A DNA stretch of 64,000 nucleotides from Chrysomallon squamiferum. Taxonomy: Eukaryota; Animalia; Mollusca. Below the pieces are notes generated by a model. That model did no database searches and was not told where the DNA came from. It saw nothing but the letters and a program-made list of their open reading frames with translations. Below, piece after piece: positions 13,870-26,880 of the stretch. Within the stretch, counting starts at the first letter, position 1. The number at the start of each line of letters is the position of its first letter. Made by a program: the position numbers and the translations under genes. The stretch covers positions 12,214,001 through 12,278,000 of the forward strand of contig CM022668.1 in NCBI GenBank assembly GCA_012295275.1, given 5' to 3'.

Positions 13870-14010
13870 TACCAGTCAGACCACCAGAAACTTTACCAAG
13901 AGAAGAAATGAAACCAGTTGTTGCACCAAAAGTAGAGGAAGAACCAAGACCAGTTGAAGTCGATGAAGGGGAACCAGTCACTTTTGTGTGTCGCATTTCC
14001 GGTTCACCGA
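13870..14010 (+). CDS. Titin-like exon: start of Ig5
   Basis: PVRPPETLPREEMKPVVAPKVEEEPRPVEVDEGEPVTFVCRISGSP; A|GTAAGA. Confidence 0.93.
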
Positions 14011-14275
14011 GTAAGAATTTTTATTTTTGTTTTAAAATATGAGTTCTTTTCTTCTTTATTTATATGCTTATTTATTATTTTTTTTTATATATATATTTCA
14101 AATTTTTTTATTTATTTAAGAATGAAGAAAAAATAACAGAAAAACTGTATACAATTCATTATTATAAAAAAAAATGCAACCTTCCATTCAGCCATCCTTC
14201 CTTCAATCCTTCCATCCATCCATCCATCCATCCATACATACATACATCTGTCTTATTCTCTGGTTACACTTTCAG

Positions 14276-14467
14276 CCCCAGTGGTAACCTGGTATCGTAA
14301 CAACCAGGTGGTCAAACAGTCAAAGTACTTCAAGATGGAGAGCACTGTAGATGGGTACCACAAACTGACCATCATGGAGGCATTTTCTGAAGACTCTGGC
14401 ACCTACAAATGTGTTGCCAGGAACCAGGGAGGGGAAATATCCTGTGTGACCTTCCTCAAAGTTCATG
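14276..14467 (+). CDS. Titin-like exon: remainder of Ig5
   Basis: PVVTWYRNNQVVKQSKYFKMESTVDGYHKLTIMEAFSEDSGTYKCVARNQGGEISCVTFLKVH. Confidence 0.95.
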
Positions 14468-14499
14468 GTAATTTACTTAGTTTCATGTTTTTGTTTTTG

Positions 14500-14581
14500 T
14501 AGTAGTATTATTATTATTATTATTATTACTCATTTATTATTTATTTATTTATTTATTTATTTAATTATAATTATAATTATA

Positions 14582-14647
<66 letters not shown>

Positions 14648-15040
14648 GTTATTGGTGTTGTTGTTATTATATCACCTATACAACTACTACAATGGGTACA
14701 ATTAGAAACAAAATACAAATAATAAAAATAAAAATGATAATCATAGTAAAATGATGATGATAATACTAATGATGACAATAACAATAAAACAGTAACACAA
14801 CACTAAGAACAAAAATAATATAATTATAACATGAGTAATAACTCCAGTAACAGCATTAACAACAACAGTAATAACAATAATAATAATTACAACAACAATA
14901 ATAACAGTAATTACAACAACAACACTAATAAAAACAGCAGCAACAACAATAATAATAGTAATTACAACAACAACACTAATAACAGCATGAACTACAACCA
15001 CTACACTAATAACAACATCAACTACAACAACAACAATGAA
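14500..15040. repeat. (ATT)n followed by degenerate (AAT/AAC)n low-complexity tract
   Basis: Direct reading. Confidence 0.9.
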
Positions 15041-15082
15041 AAACAGTATCCTCACCAACATTAATTAACTGTTTTTTTCCAG

Positions 15083-15273
15083 GCATAGAGAGTGAGACCG
15101 AACCTCCTCAACCAATGGCTGTACCTCCCTGCTTCATCAAACCAATAACAAACACAATGGTCACTGCTGGTCAAACAGCAAAGTTCGAGGCCATCTACTC
15201 TGGACACCCAACGCCAACAATCTCCTGGATTCGCAACGGCATCCAGACTTTGCAAGATTCACATGATCACAAG
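15083..15273 (+). CDS. Titin-like exon: N-half of Ig6
   Basis: IESETEPPQPMAVPPCFIKPITNTMVTAGQTAKFEAIYSGHPTPTISWIRNGIQTLQDSHDHK. Confidence 0.94.
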
Positions 15274-15589
15274 GTAAAGGAAAAAAAAAAAATGTCAAGA
15301 TATCTGCCAGTAATTTTTATTTTTTTATTTTTTTTGGAATCAGATGTTTGTATTCTGTATGGTGTTTTGAAATTTATATAATTTGTATAAAATTTGTGTT
15401 AAATTAAGATTTGTTTTCTCTGTTGTTATATTTTGGGAGTTATAAAAAAAATAATTTTTTTTGTTTGTTATTATTTAGTACTTTTTTTTATTATTTTAAA
15501 AAGAGAGACACAGACATAAACACACAGATACATACTATTTACTTAAAAAAACACACACATATATATATATCTGCATGTACACAAACAAT

Positions 15590-15629
<40 letters not shown>

Positions 15630-15755
15630 AACACACACATATATATACCTGCATGTGCACAAACAATAGCACACACACACACACAAACACACACACATAC
15701 ACACATGCATATGCACTTAAACACTAATACACACTTTATTTATTTATCATTTCAG

Positions 15756-15885
15756 ATCGAGGTAACAGAGAATATGACTTCATTCACCATATACAGAGCC
15801 TACATTGAAGACACAGGCCTGATAACCTGCAGAGCCAAAAACCCTGCTGGAGTCAGTGAATGCTCTGCTGAGCTCTATGTGCAAG
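15756..15885 (+). CDS. Titin-like exon: C-half of Ig6
   Basis: IEVTENMTSFTIYRAYIEDTGLITCRAKNPAGVSECSAELYVQ; G|GTAAGT. Confidence 0.94.
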
Positions 15886-17619
15886 GTAAGTTTTCTCCCT
15901 TTAGGAAGCATGCTGTTGCTATGGTGACAGTAGGATGATGATGTAATATAGGATTGAAGTGTGCAAATTTCACAATGAGAAAAAAAAAAAAAATTAAAAC
16001 CTTGATTTTTTTCACAGCACTTAAAGGGTTAAAGTGTGATTTTTGTTTTTTATTTTTCACCTGATATTTTTGTTAAATTTTTGGTTTATCATTTCTTCAT
16101 TCTCTTTGGTTTTTCTTTCTTTTTGTTGTTGCATTAAAGGGAATTTTTAAATTAAAAAAATTTATTTATTTATTTATTTATTTAAAAAATATTTATATTA
16201 TTTAATGTTTATTCTTCTATTTTTCAATCATTTTTTTTTGAGGGGGGCAAATTGACGTATATAAAATATAGTGTTGCTTTTTTAAATATATTTATCTTTT
16301 CAGAAAAATAATTTTTATAAAAGCTTTATTTATTTACTTTATTAATTTTTTTTAAATCTATTTATCTTTTTGTTATTTTTGATATTTTTCAATTCAAACA
16401 CAGAACAATATTTAAAAGGTTTTTAATATATTTTCTTAGCACTTAAAATATAAAATATTTAATTTAAAAAGATTTTTATACTGATTTTTATTAGCAAAAT
16501 TAGACCTAAAACATTAATTTATTTCTTTTTATTTTTATTTTTAGTAGTTAATTTTATAAAAAGTTTAAAAAATACAAAACTTTTTTTTTAACGTTCTTGT
16601 TACTTTGCTTCATTTTTAATAGTTAATTTTAATAGTTCATTTCATAAACGGACATTTATTTCATCAATACCTTCAGGTTTTTTTGTTACTTCAATGTTAT
16701 TTTTGCAATTTTAAGGTTTTTTGACTCGCAAAAAAGCAGGTAAATTAGAAAATCGATGTTTAGGTTCAGCGTCGTATTTCGTCAGTTGTGGCTTTTGTTG
16801 TTTTTCATCTCAGAGTTTTTACTTTTTAGTATTAACTTTAAAGTTATTAACTGTACCTCAGTGGTGAATAGTGTAATTATGTTGATGTCAAGTGGTACTA
16901 AGTTTGAACTGTTAAAATGTTGTTGAGTTTGGTCTCTAATCAACAGTTTTAGTCCTTGACTAAAAAAAAAAAAAAACTGCTTAAAAAATAAATGTATATT
17001 GAGATTACTGAAAAATAAAATAAAATAAAATGTATTTTAATAAAAGGCAGTTTCTTAATAATACACTAGTTGGAATGTAAATAAATAAGTTATGAGAACC
17101 AAATAAATTAAATAAATTAAATTAAAAAATATTAATAATAATTAAAATAAATTAAAGGTTACACTTTAAAAAACCACACCCAAAATACTGTGACAACAAT
17201 TTATTTATTTATTTATTTATTTTATTTTATATATATAATATTATTTCATATATTTCAGATTATCCCTTTAATTATATATAAATAATAATATTTGTTTCAC
17301 AAAATATTTCTAAAACTGAAATAGTATAAATCTAGAACAAAAACTGTAACAGAAAGTCTCCTTCATAAAATTTAAATTAATGTCTTGAATATCAAATTTG
17401 TATGTACTTTTCTGTCTGTGGGTAGGTATCTATCAGACATCACTTTGTGCTAAATAATAACTGAAACCTGCAGAATAGCAATTGTGAGCTTTCCTTCTCA
17501 TTGTCATTTCAAAAATAAACAAATAAACAAGTAAGTTGTTAAGTCAATAAATAAATAAAATAAAATAGAATTGATATGTCAGTAAGTGGGATATATGATG
17601 AAATTAAAATGGACATATG

Positions 17620-17681
<62 letters not shown>

Positions 17682-19571
17682 CAAAATATCATTTTCAAAC
17701 ATTAATTTCTTCTTTATTTATTTTCATTTATTTATTTCATTTATTTTTATTTTAATATCATAAGGGTTTTGAAACTTTGTTTTATATAATTTTTGTAACT
17801 CCTGTTGCATGGTGTGTTTGTGTGTTTCCTTGTGTTTTGCATTCAGCATGCATTTAAAATTTTCTTTAAAAACAAAATTAAGATCTTTTTTCTATTATTA
17901 TCTATTGTTATTTTATTATTATTATTATTATTATAATTATTATTATTATTATCATCATCATCATCATCATCATCATTATTACCTTTATTTATTTATTTAT
18001 GAAGAGAAATGCTTCAGTTATCTGAATTTCGAAATTACTTCATGTAAAAGAAATTCTTAATTTATTTGTCATTTTCTTTCATTTAAAAAAAATAAATCTG
18101 TGATAAATTTTCCTAATTCTTTTTTTTTTTCAGATGTAATTTTTAAACATTAAAACTACTCTGAAAGCAAAAAAAAAAAGAGTATTATTCAATATTTTTC
18201 ATATTACTTTCAGTCCAGTTTTAATCTGTTGATCTGTACTTTTAAAATCTAGTTATATTTATTTTGGATTAATCTAAATTTATTTAATACTGCTTTATTT
18301 TCAAGTGATTCTGACATTTTTTTTCATTTTTATTTGAAGACATTTTTGTAATTAAGATGAATTATAATTTTACTATTGTTATTTGACACATGTTTGACTG
18401 CCATATTTTACAATTGTTAAACAAAAATGATATTTTACATGTTATATTTTTTATACAGTATTTACTGCATGTACAGTTTCTTTCCCTTTTTTGGGGAAAG
18501 AAATTATCCAATGTTTTATTGTGTGTGTTTTATTTTTGTTTTGTTTATACTAACATTGTATGTGTTTTCTTATATCAAAATGGTTTTAATATATTACATG
18601 TATTATTATAGACTGTAATATATTTGCAATATGTAACATGCACATGTACATTAAAAATGATATTGTTTTTCTATGTCATGGAACACATAATATAAATTAT
18701 AAAAATGCTTTGGACTTCAAAACGTAACCATAAAAGCTTGCAGCATTTGCTGAATAAATGTCTGGATGCATTTTCACCAACAACTTGAACCTTTAACTAA
18801 TCAACAACTTGTCTGTGGCCACCATGGTGTCTGAAGTGTGCGCTACTTCCTCTTGCATGAGTTACCTCCCCTAGCATGTTCTGATCCAAGGCCTGATGCA
18901 TGTAATGGTAAGAAACGTTTATTACTTGTAACCATGGGGACGAACTTTTTGTCAACGAGGGTGGGAGAATACGTTTTTTTTTTTTAAATTTATGTTTGTT
19001 TTAGTAAATTTGTTTTTAATTGATCTTTAAGGAAATATGAATTTTTAATGGGGTTTTTTGAAAATTATTTAGTTTGTTTTGAATTTTCTTTATTTGAAAT
19101 TTGAATAGTCCATCTTGGTTGCATCAGTGTCTAGGAGTTTTTACCCATAATCCATTTCCACCACCACAATCTCTAAAATACTCATATATATATATATATA
19201 TATAAAATACTCATGTAATTAGCCTTTGTATGTATTATAATTTGTTATTTGAAAAAAATGTGTATATACACATATATACATGTACTGTTATGTTTTCATA
19301 TATAATCAGGGCCAGAAGAAAAAAAAAGAAAAGAAAAAAGCAAAGAAGAAAGATGTTATTTTAATTATTTTAAATAAAAAATTTTAAACTCTAGTTATAT
19401 AATTTTTCAAATTGTATTTGAAAGTATACTTACTGTAGATTTTTTTCAATGTCAATAGCACATTTTGTTTTTCATTTATTGCTATCGTTTTTGTGTTTTT
19501 TTTTTTTTTTCAAATTGTTATTATCTTTTTTTAATTGAAAGTTATATTCTATTTTTTGTTATTTTTTATAT

Positions 19572-19602
<31 letters not shown>

Positions 19603-20015
19603 TATTTAATTATTTCTTTTGTTGTCTTTTTTAATTTAATTTCATTTTCTGTCATTTTATTTTATTTCGTTCATTTATTTCATTTTAATTTAATTTAATT
19701 TATTTCTCATTTTATTTTACTCTAATGTGTCTGCATACCTGTTCATTAATTTCATTCCTTAAATTTATAACATAAGCCTGCAGTTTCCAATACCCAATTA
19801 ATTTCCTTTATATATATATATATAATAATAATTATAATAATAATGTATGTAGATGAATAGATATCTGTGATCTTTAATTTCCTCTTGTTTTCAGAAAACT
19901 ATCTTAACCAATTGTAAAATTTAGTTTAGAAGTTATCTTTTATATATATATATATATATAATTTTTATTAAATTAAATTTTTATTTATTTATTTTTTATT
20001 TATTCATTTAATTTT

Positions 20016-20046
<31 letters not shown>

Positions 20047-20059
20047 TTAATTTTCGCAG

Positions 20060-20180
20060 AAGAGGAGGAAGCACGCAGGATGGCTCAGCAACTGCATGTT
20101 GCCGTAGCAACCAAGGCACCACCAACATTTACCAAAACACTGCAACCATTTTTTGAAGTGGCACCAGGAGAATCTGCAAG
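20060..20180 (+). CDS. Titin-like exon: start of Ig7
   Basis: EEEEARRMAQQLHVAVATKAPPTFTKTLQPFFEVAPGESAR; phase 1-2. Confidence 0.92.
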
Positions 20181-20637
20181 GTAAAATATAGGGGGAAGAA
20201 TTTTATTTATTTATTTTTATTTTATTTAGTTATTTTGTTCTTTTTTTTTTTTTTTTATAACAGATAAAATATGGACTCTGATTTATTTTTCCTGTAAAAG
20301 ATAGGAAATAATTGTTAAAAAAAAAATTATATATATTTTATTACATCATCCAACAAATAGTAATAATAATAATACATTACTATGATTATGATAATCAAAA
20401 TTAATATATTTGAAAATTATTGTTCTTAATAAATAATAATAATAATATATAAATAAATAAATAAATAAATAAATAAAAACACAAAAAAAAAGAAAAAAGA
20501 AACAAAAAAACCAAGAACAATAAACAAGTAAATAAATACAACAGAAAATATTCTACATCATACAATATCACAATTATTCCACATTTAAAAAATATGTACC
20601 ATTTCTAATTAACTGATTTCATTTTCACACTTCGCAG

Positions 20638-20855
20638 ACTTGAAGTTGAGGTGGGTCAAACACCTATCATCAGTCACACCTGGTATGTCAATGGCATCAA
20701 GATCGAACCCACAGAAAGGACAAGGATTGTCCAGGAAGGGAAATCTCTTGTTCTCATCATTGTCAATGTCCAGCCACAGGATACTGGAGAGTATCTGATC
20801 AGAGTGAAGAATGAGAAAGGGGAGGCAACTTGCAAGACAACTCTGTTACTCAAAG
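20638..20855 (+). CDS. Titin-like exon: Ig7 core (218 nt)
   Basis: LEVEVGQTPIISHTWYVNGIKIEP...QDTGEYLIRVKNEKGEATCKTTLLLK. Confidence 0.94.
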
Positions 20856-21254
20856 GTAGGTAATCCAGTGTAATTTGATGCATTATTTATGCGATTGTGA
20901 CGTTGTAATAGAAACGCATGCCTTTTGTGTTAAGTAATTAATTTAATAGTAATTAGTGGAAAATACAGTTGTATTTTGTAAAATAAAATAACTGTTTATA
21001 ATATTAAAATGCCAAAAATAATATTCTTGAATAGTTTCATTTTTCTTTTTCTTATCTAACTCTGTGTGTGTGTGTGTGTGTGTGTCCATCATTTTTAATT
21101 ATTTCAGATTTCTTTATTGAAACTTGTATATGATTATTATTATTATTATTATTTTTAATTATAAAAAAAAAAAAAAAAAAAATAAATAAATGAAACATAA
21201 AATATCTTCAAAGAAACATCATTAATGTTTTTTTCTGTTATATTATATTTCCAG

Positions 21255-21420
21255 GCCAGGAAAAGGTCATTGACCTCACAGAAAGGGAGACAGCTGAGAC
21301 AGTGATAGTAACACACACTATAACAACTGTAAAACGGGAAGAACAATCGTTACAGCAGCAGGTGAAACCAGTTACACCCAGAGAACCAGAAATCTACGTC
21401 AGGGAACACGGCATTGCAAG
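21255..21420 (+). CDS. Titin-like exon: linker and start of Ig8
   Basis: QEKVIDLTERETAETVIV...REPEIYVREHGIAR; ccAG and AG|GTATTG, phase 1-2. Confidence 0.9.
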
Positions 21421-21518
21421 GTATTGTGGGATAGATTTTCAAATTATTGGTTATTGTCTGATATATTGATGAAGATGATGATTTGAGATGATTATGGTGA
21501 TTTGTAATGTAGATGAGA

Positions 21519-21598
<80 letters not shown>

Positions 21599-21701
21599 GG
21601 TTATTATTGTTATTTAAATCTTTGTTAAAAATACATATACATATATACACTCATATGTATCTATTCAAATAATTACTTTCATTCATACAGGAATATATAT
21701 A

Positions 21702-21735
<34 letters not shown>

Positions 21736-21994
21736 GATGTGTGTGTGTGTGTGTGTGCCAACATATACATATACATATACATATACATACACACACAAAC
21801 ACAATAATTATATACATGAATCCATCCATCCATCGATACATTGATCTATGCACATGTTCATACACATCCATATAATAACTGTACCTATATTCACACACAT
21901 AATGTACCTGAAGCTGTACATATAACATTATATTACGCACTTAGTTATAACATACACAGTGTATTTATACAAAACTTCAATTATTTACTTTCAG

Positions 21995-22212
21995 ACTGGA
22001 GTGTAACATTCAGTCCCACCCATCACCAGCGGTCACTTGGTTTGTCAACGGGGTGGAGATAAAACCATCACCCAAGTATGAGATTCATACAGAGGAGGGT
22101 AAGAGCACCCTGCTTATCATCGAGGTCAGTCCTGAGGATAAGGGTGAATACGTGTGTAAAGCTGTTTCAGAGGTCGGAGAATCCATCAGTGGAACAACAC
22201 TCTGTATTCAAG
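21995..22212 (+). CDS. Titin-like exon: Ig8 core (218 nt)
   Basis: LECNIQSHPSPAVTWFVNGVEIKPSPKY...EDKGEYVCKAVSEVGESISGTTLCIQ. Confidence 0.94.
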
Positions 22213-22382
22213 GTATTCATTATTATAACACTATATATATATTTGATATGTTTGGTATGTGTAATATGTTACACACCCCTGTGTAATAACTATTTACCTT
22301 TATTTAATATCTTTATATACATTTATATCTTTATATACACACACACACACACATATATATATATACATATATACACACACAC

Positions 22383-22422
<40 letters not shown>

Positions 22423-22677
22423 AACAGTTAAAATAATTGCAATAGGCATATTAAGTCTTCCTAGTGGAAAAATGGTAATTTGACAGATGTACACATAAAC
22501 ATTGTCTTATAACTTTACCATTGTTTACATATATTCATATATTTAGTCATTAACTTAAACTGGTAAATATATATTTTTTGAAACAGTGAGATAGTTAGTG
22601 AATTACATATGCACTCATAGTCTTAATATTTTAATACAATGAAAATATTCTCATAAACTTTTCATTTCCTTTCCCAG

Positions 22678-24087
22678 AAACTGCAACAGAGCAGCTTCCA
22701 CCAGTTATACCAACCACAACATCGGCTGGGGTAGAACCTTCTCCAGCTACACCAATGATGCCTCCGGAATTCATACAACATCTGCAGTCTGTCGAAGCCA
22801 GAGATGGCCAGGAACTTCAGATGAGCTGCAAAGTGAAAGGCACTCCAGCTCCTAATATCATGTGGTTCCATGACAGTAAGAATATAGATGAAGATGAGGA
22901 GTTTGTCATCTCTTATAACCCAGACACAGGTGACATCAATCTCATCATCGTGGAAGTGTTCCCAGAGGATCAGGGCCAGTACATCTGTATAGCCCAGAAT
23001 CCTGCTGGACAAGCAACTACTTCAGGATTCCTCACGGTGATTGAGGACCTGGAAGGAGAAGTGTTTGAGGAGCAGCCTTCTGAGAGTCAAATTACTGAAG
23101 CAGAGTTTGTGTTCAAAGCTCCTGAAGAACCTATGGAGGTGACTGAAGTCTCTGAGGAAATGGTTCAGCCAGAACTGATTGAAAGACCAAAAGTTCAGCC
23201 TCTTGTTAAAGAAGAGGTGACTGTTGAGTCCCCAGTTCCAGAGAGTCTGCCCGAAGAAGGGTCAGAAATATATGAAACAGCTCTCGAATCTCTTGAAGAG
23301 GTTTATGAAGAGGTCACCGAGCCAAAGATTGTCTCTAAGAAAATCGAGAGACCTAAGGTTGTGCCTTTAGAACCAGAACCTTTGCCTCAGTCTCCTGAAC
23401 CAACAGAGGTTGAGGAGCCAATGGAAGAGGAGCCAAAAGAAGAACTAGGAGAACCAGTTATGGAGGAGAGCATTACAGCAGATGTTACTAAACGTGAGGT
23501 GAAATTTGTGGAGACTCTAATAACAGAGGCAAAACCAGAAACAGTAGAGCTGCCTACAACTGAAAAAGAAACAATTGAACTGATGATTCCAGGAAAGGAG
23601 CCAGCTGAAGAAGTAACAGCTGAAGGACAGGAGATTACCTTTGTCATCAAAGCTACTGGAATTGAGGAGACCAATGAGTTGGAGACAGAACAGAAGGAGC
23701 CAATAGAGGCAGAGAGACCAGAGGAGCAAAGCATCGAGGCACAGTTTGAGCTGACAGAAGAAGCTCCTCAGCAGATCCTTCCAGCAGAAGGTCCAGAAGA
23801 AGTTCCACCAGAATTTGTTGAGATGCTTCAGCCCCAGGTTGTCGTGGATGGCTCCATGGTAACCTTAGGATGTCGTCTGATTGGCTCACCTCCTCCAAGC
23901 ATCACTTGGTACAAGACCTCCATAGAGATTGAGCCTTCCCAGGACTTCAAGCAGACTTATGACACAGAGACTGGTATCTGTGTCCTTGAGATTTCAGACA
24001 TCTTCCCAGATGATGCAGGAGAGTATATGTGTAGAGCAGTGAATCCATTTGGTGAAGCAACCACAACTTGTACCATTGTTGTTAAAG
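22678..24087 (+). CDS. Titin-like exon: Ig9, E/P/V-rich spacer, Ig10
   Basis: ORF 22755-24095; 1410 nt, phase 1-1; two complete Ig I-set domains. Confidence 0.96.
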
Positions 24088-24387
24088 GTAAATAAAATTA
24101 GTTTTCTTTATACGACTTTATAAGAATATATTTAAAATTCACTGATTTAATGGGAAATATTTTGTTTTACATAATACAATATAAGACATTTTAAAATTAT
24201 TATTGAGAGTAAAAGATATTTGTAAGATGGAATTTGTTCACCTGTATGACTCTATCAGTATGTGATGTGTGTTAATGTTCATGATTATGTTCTGCATGTG
24301 TCTGTATGAATGTGTTTAAATCAGCCAGACTCATAATTATTCATAAACAGAAAATCATTTTAAAGTTTCTCACATATCCTGTTTCAG

Positions 24388-24598
24388 CTCAAGATGAAAC
24401 CGATGACATTACAACAACAACAACCACTTCTGAAACTATAGAATCTGTCACCAAGACGATGACCTTTACAGTGTCAGAAGAGGAATACCCAGAGGTCAAA
24501 CTGGTAGAGGAGAGACATGTGTCAGCTATAGAAATGGCACCCAACTTCACCCGTCCACTCCTACCAACCACTGAGGCTGATGAAGGTGGAACTGTTAG
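24388..24598 (+). CDS. Titin-like exon: linker and start of Ig11
   Basis: AQDETDDITTTTTTSE...MAPNFTRPLLPTTEADEGGTVR; AG|GTATGT. Confidence 0.93.
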
Positions 24599-24699
24599 GT
24601 ATGTACTGTCTTGTAATTCATTTTCATAATGTTAACAGTAGAAGTTGTGTAACTGGCAAAATCGATTTTTAAAATGTCTTGTTATTATTTGTTATAGTA

Positions 24700-25120
24700 G
24701 TAGTAATAGTAATAGTTACAAAATATGGTAATAGTAAAAGGAGTTAAATGTATTTTTCAATGATTCAATGTTTTTATTATTATTATTTTTTAAATTTACA
24801 TTAATAAAAATATTATTTTTGTCATCATCAGTATGATTATTATCAATAGTAATAGTGTTAGTAGTAGTAGTAGTAATGGTTGTTGTTGTAATAACAGTGG
24901 TGGTATTGGTATTATTCCAACTATTTTTGTTGTTATTCCTGTTATTATTTCTACCACCATTATAATTATCATTATCATCATCATCATCATTATTATCATC
25001 ATTATCATTATTGTTTCTATCATTATTATCGTTATTTTTATTATAATTATCATTATCATCTTTATTATCATTATCAATATCATCATCATTATCAATTATC
25101 AATTATCATTATCAATTATT
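24700..25120. repeat. Degenerate (ATT/ATC/GTA)n low-complexity tract
   Basis: Direct reading. Confidence 0.88.
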
Positions 25121-25143
25121 CTTATCCTTTTTCTTTACCCCAG

Positions 25144-25361
25144 ACTTGAAGTGGAAGTGGAAAGTGAACCTGAGGCACAGATAAACTGGTTTGTCAATGA
25201 ACTGGAGATCTTCCCCTCAGACCACATGAAAATCATCAGAGATCAGAGGACCTGTGTCCTTGTCATCGTTGATGTGACCCCAGAGGATTCTGGGGAATAC
25301 GTCTGCCAGGCTGAAAATCTCCTTGGCAAAGTCACGTGCAAGACAACTCTAACTGTAAAAC
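25144..25361 (+). CDS. Titin-like exon: Ig11 core (218 nt)
   Basis: LEVEVESEPEAQINWFVNELEIFP...EDSGEYVCQAENLLGKVTCKTTLTVK. Confidence 0.95.
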
Positions 25362-25397
25362 GTAAGTATGTGAGAGAGATGTATTGTTTGAGATTAT

Positions 25398-25437
<40 letters not shown>

Positions 25438-25806
25438 ATATATATATATATATAGGTTTTGATTTACATATTTATTTATTACTTATCATTTATTTTTTAT
25501 GTATTTATTTATTTAATTATTTAGTTATTACTTTATTTTTATTTATTTGTTACTATAATTTTATTACTTATCATTTATTATTTATTATTTATGTTTTTAT
25601 TTATTTAGTTAATTACTTAGTTATTACTTTATTTTTATTATTTATTACTATTATTTATTGTTTATTTATTTACTTATTTAGTTAGTTAATTATAACTTTA
25701 TTTTTTATTGTCTGTATTTATTACTATCATTAATTAATTAACTTGTATAAAACTATTTCCAAATTTGATTCATTTTTTTTTTTTTTTTTTTACTTCTATT
25801 TTCTAG

Positions 25807-26253
25807 CAATTCAGAAAACTCAGGCTGAACTGAAAAAGGAGGAAGTCCCAACAGAAGAAGAGATCAAACCAGTTGTCGAAACTCCCGAAGAAGTCAAACC
25901 ACAGCCACAAGCAGAACAACCAGTGACACCGGAAGAACGAGTTCCCCAGGAAATGGTCGAAGAGCCTCTGGCGCCAGAATTCACAGAACTCCTGCAGCCA
26001 CTGTCTGTCAGAGACGGTGAGAGGGTTGTCCTCAAGGTCAGATTCAGAGCTCGACCTCAACCGAAGATCACCTGGTTCCAGCAGGGAAATGAGATCCAGC
26101 CCAACCTGGATTTCCAGATCTACATCGACCAGGAGAAAGGGGAGAGTATGCTGATCATTGTGGAGGTGTTCCCTGAAGATGAGGGAGAATATACTTGTTT
26201 TGCCGTTAATGAGTATGGGGAATCAATTACAACCTGTCATATGACTGTTATTT
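25807..26253 (+). CDS. Titin-like exon: PEVK-like spacer plus Ig12
   Basis: 447 nt, phase 1-1; LAPEFTELLQPLSVRDGERVVLKV...EDEGEYTCFAVNEYGE. Confidence 0.96.
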
Positions 26254-26880
26254 GTAAGTAAAAATATAAATTCTTTTCAAATTTGAATTGACTTTTTTTC
26301 ATGTTTTCACTGTTTAATCAGGACTGTACCATTTATTTATTAAATGTTGAATCATATTTTATGCAATATTCTATGATACATTCATAATTTATTCAGTTGT
26401 GTCATATTTTTAATTCTTAATTTTTTTATCATTATTTGCTGAATTTAATTTTCAACTCACAGTTCTTCCTCTCATTATTTTTTATTTATTTTTTATTTTT
26501 AAATTATTCATCTAATTTATTTGCGTTGGAAAGTTTTCGTTTCTTTTTATTCTTTATTTGTTAGGAATTTTTAATTTATTTTTTCATGTTTTTTTCAATT
26601 GTTCAACAGGAATTTTCATATGATTCTTCATTTTTTATTTTTTTATTTATTAATTATTTATTTATTTGGAATTTTTATACGTAAGCTGTATATATCACTT
26701 GCTGCCAATTTCAAAACGCACTTATAGAATGAGAGGACCATTTTTCTTTTATATTATTAGAGAAATATCCACTTTATTACTGAAAAGTCACTTTTGATAT
26801 ATAATAATCATTAATAATAAAACATAGTTAATAGGCTAAATTAAGTAAATATTAATTGTTCTTGTTCAATTTATTTTCAG

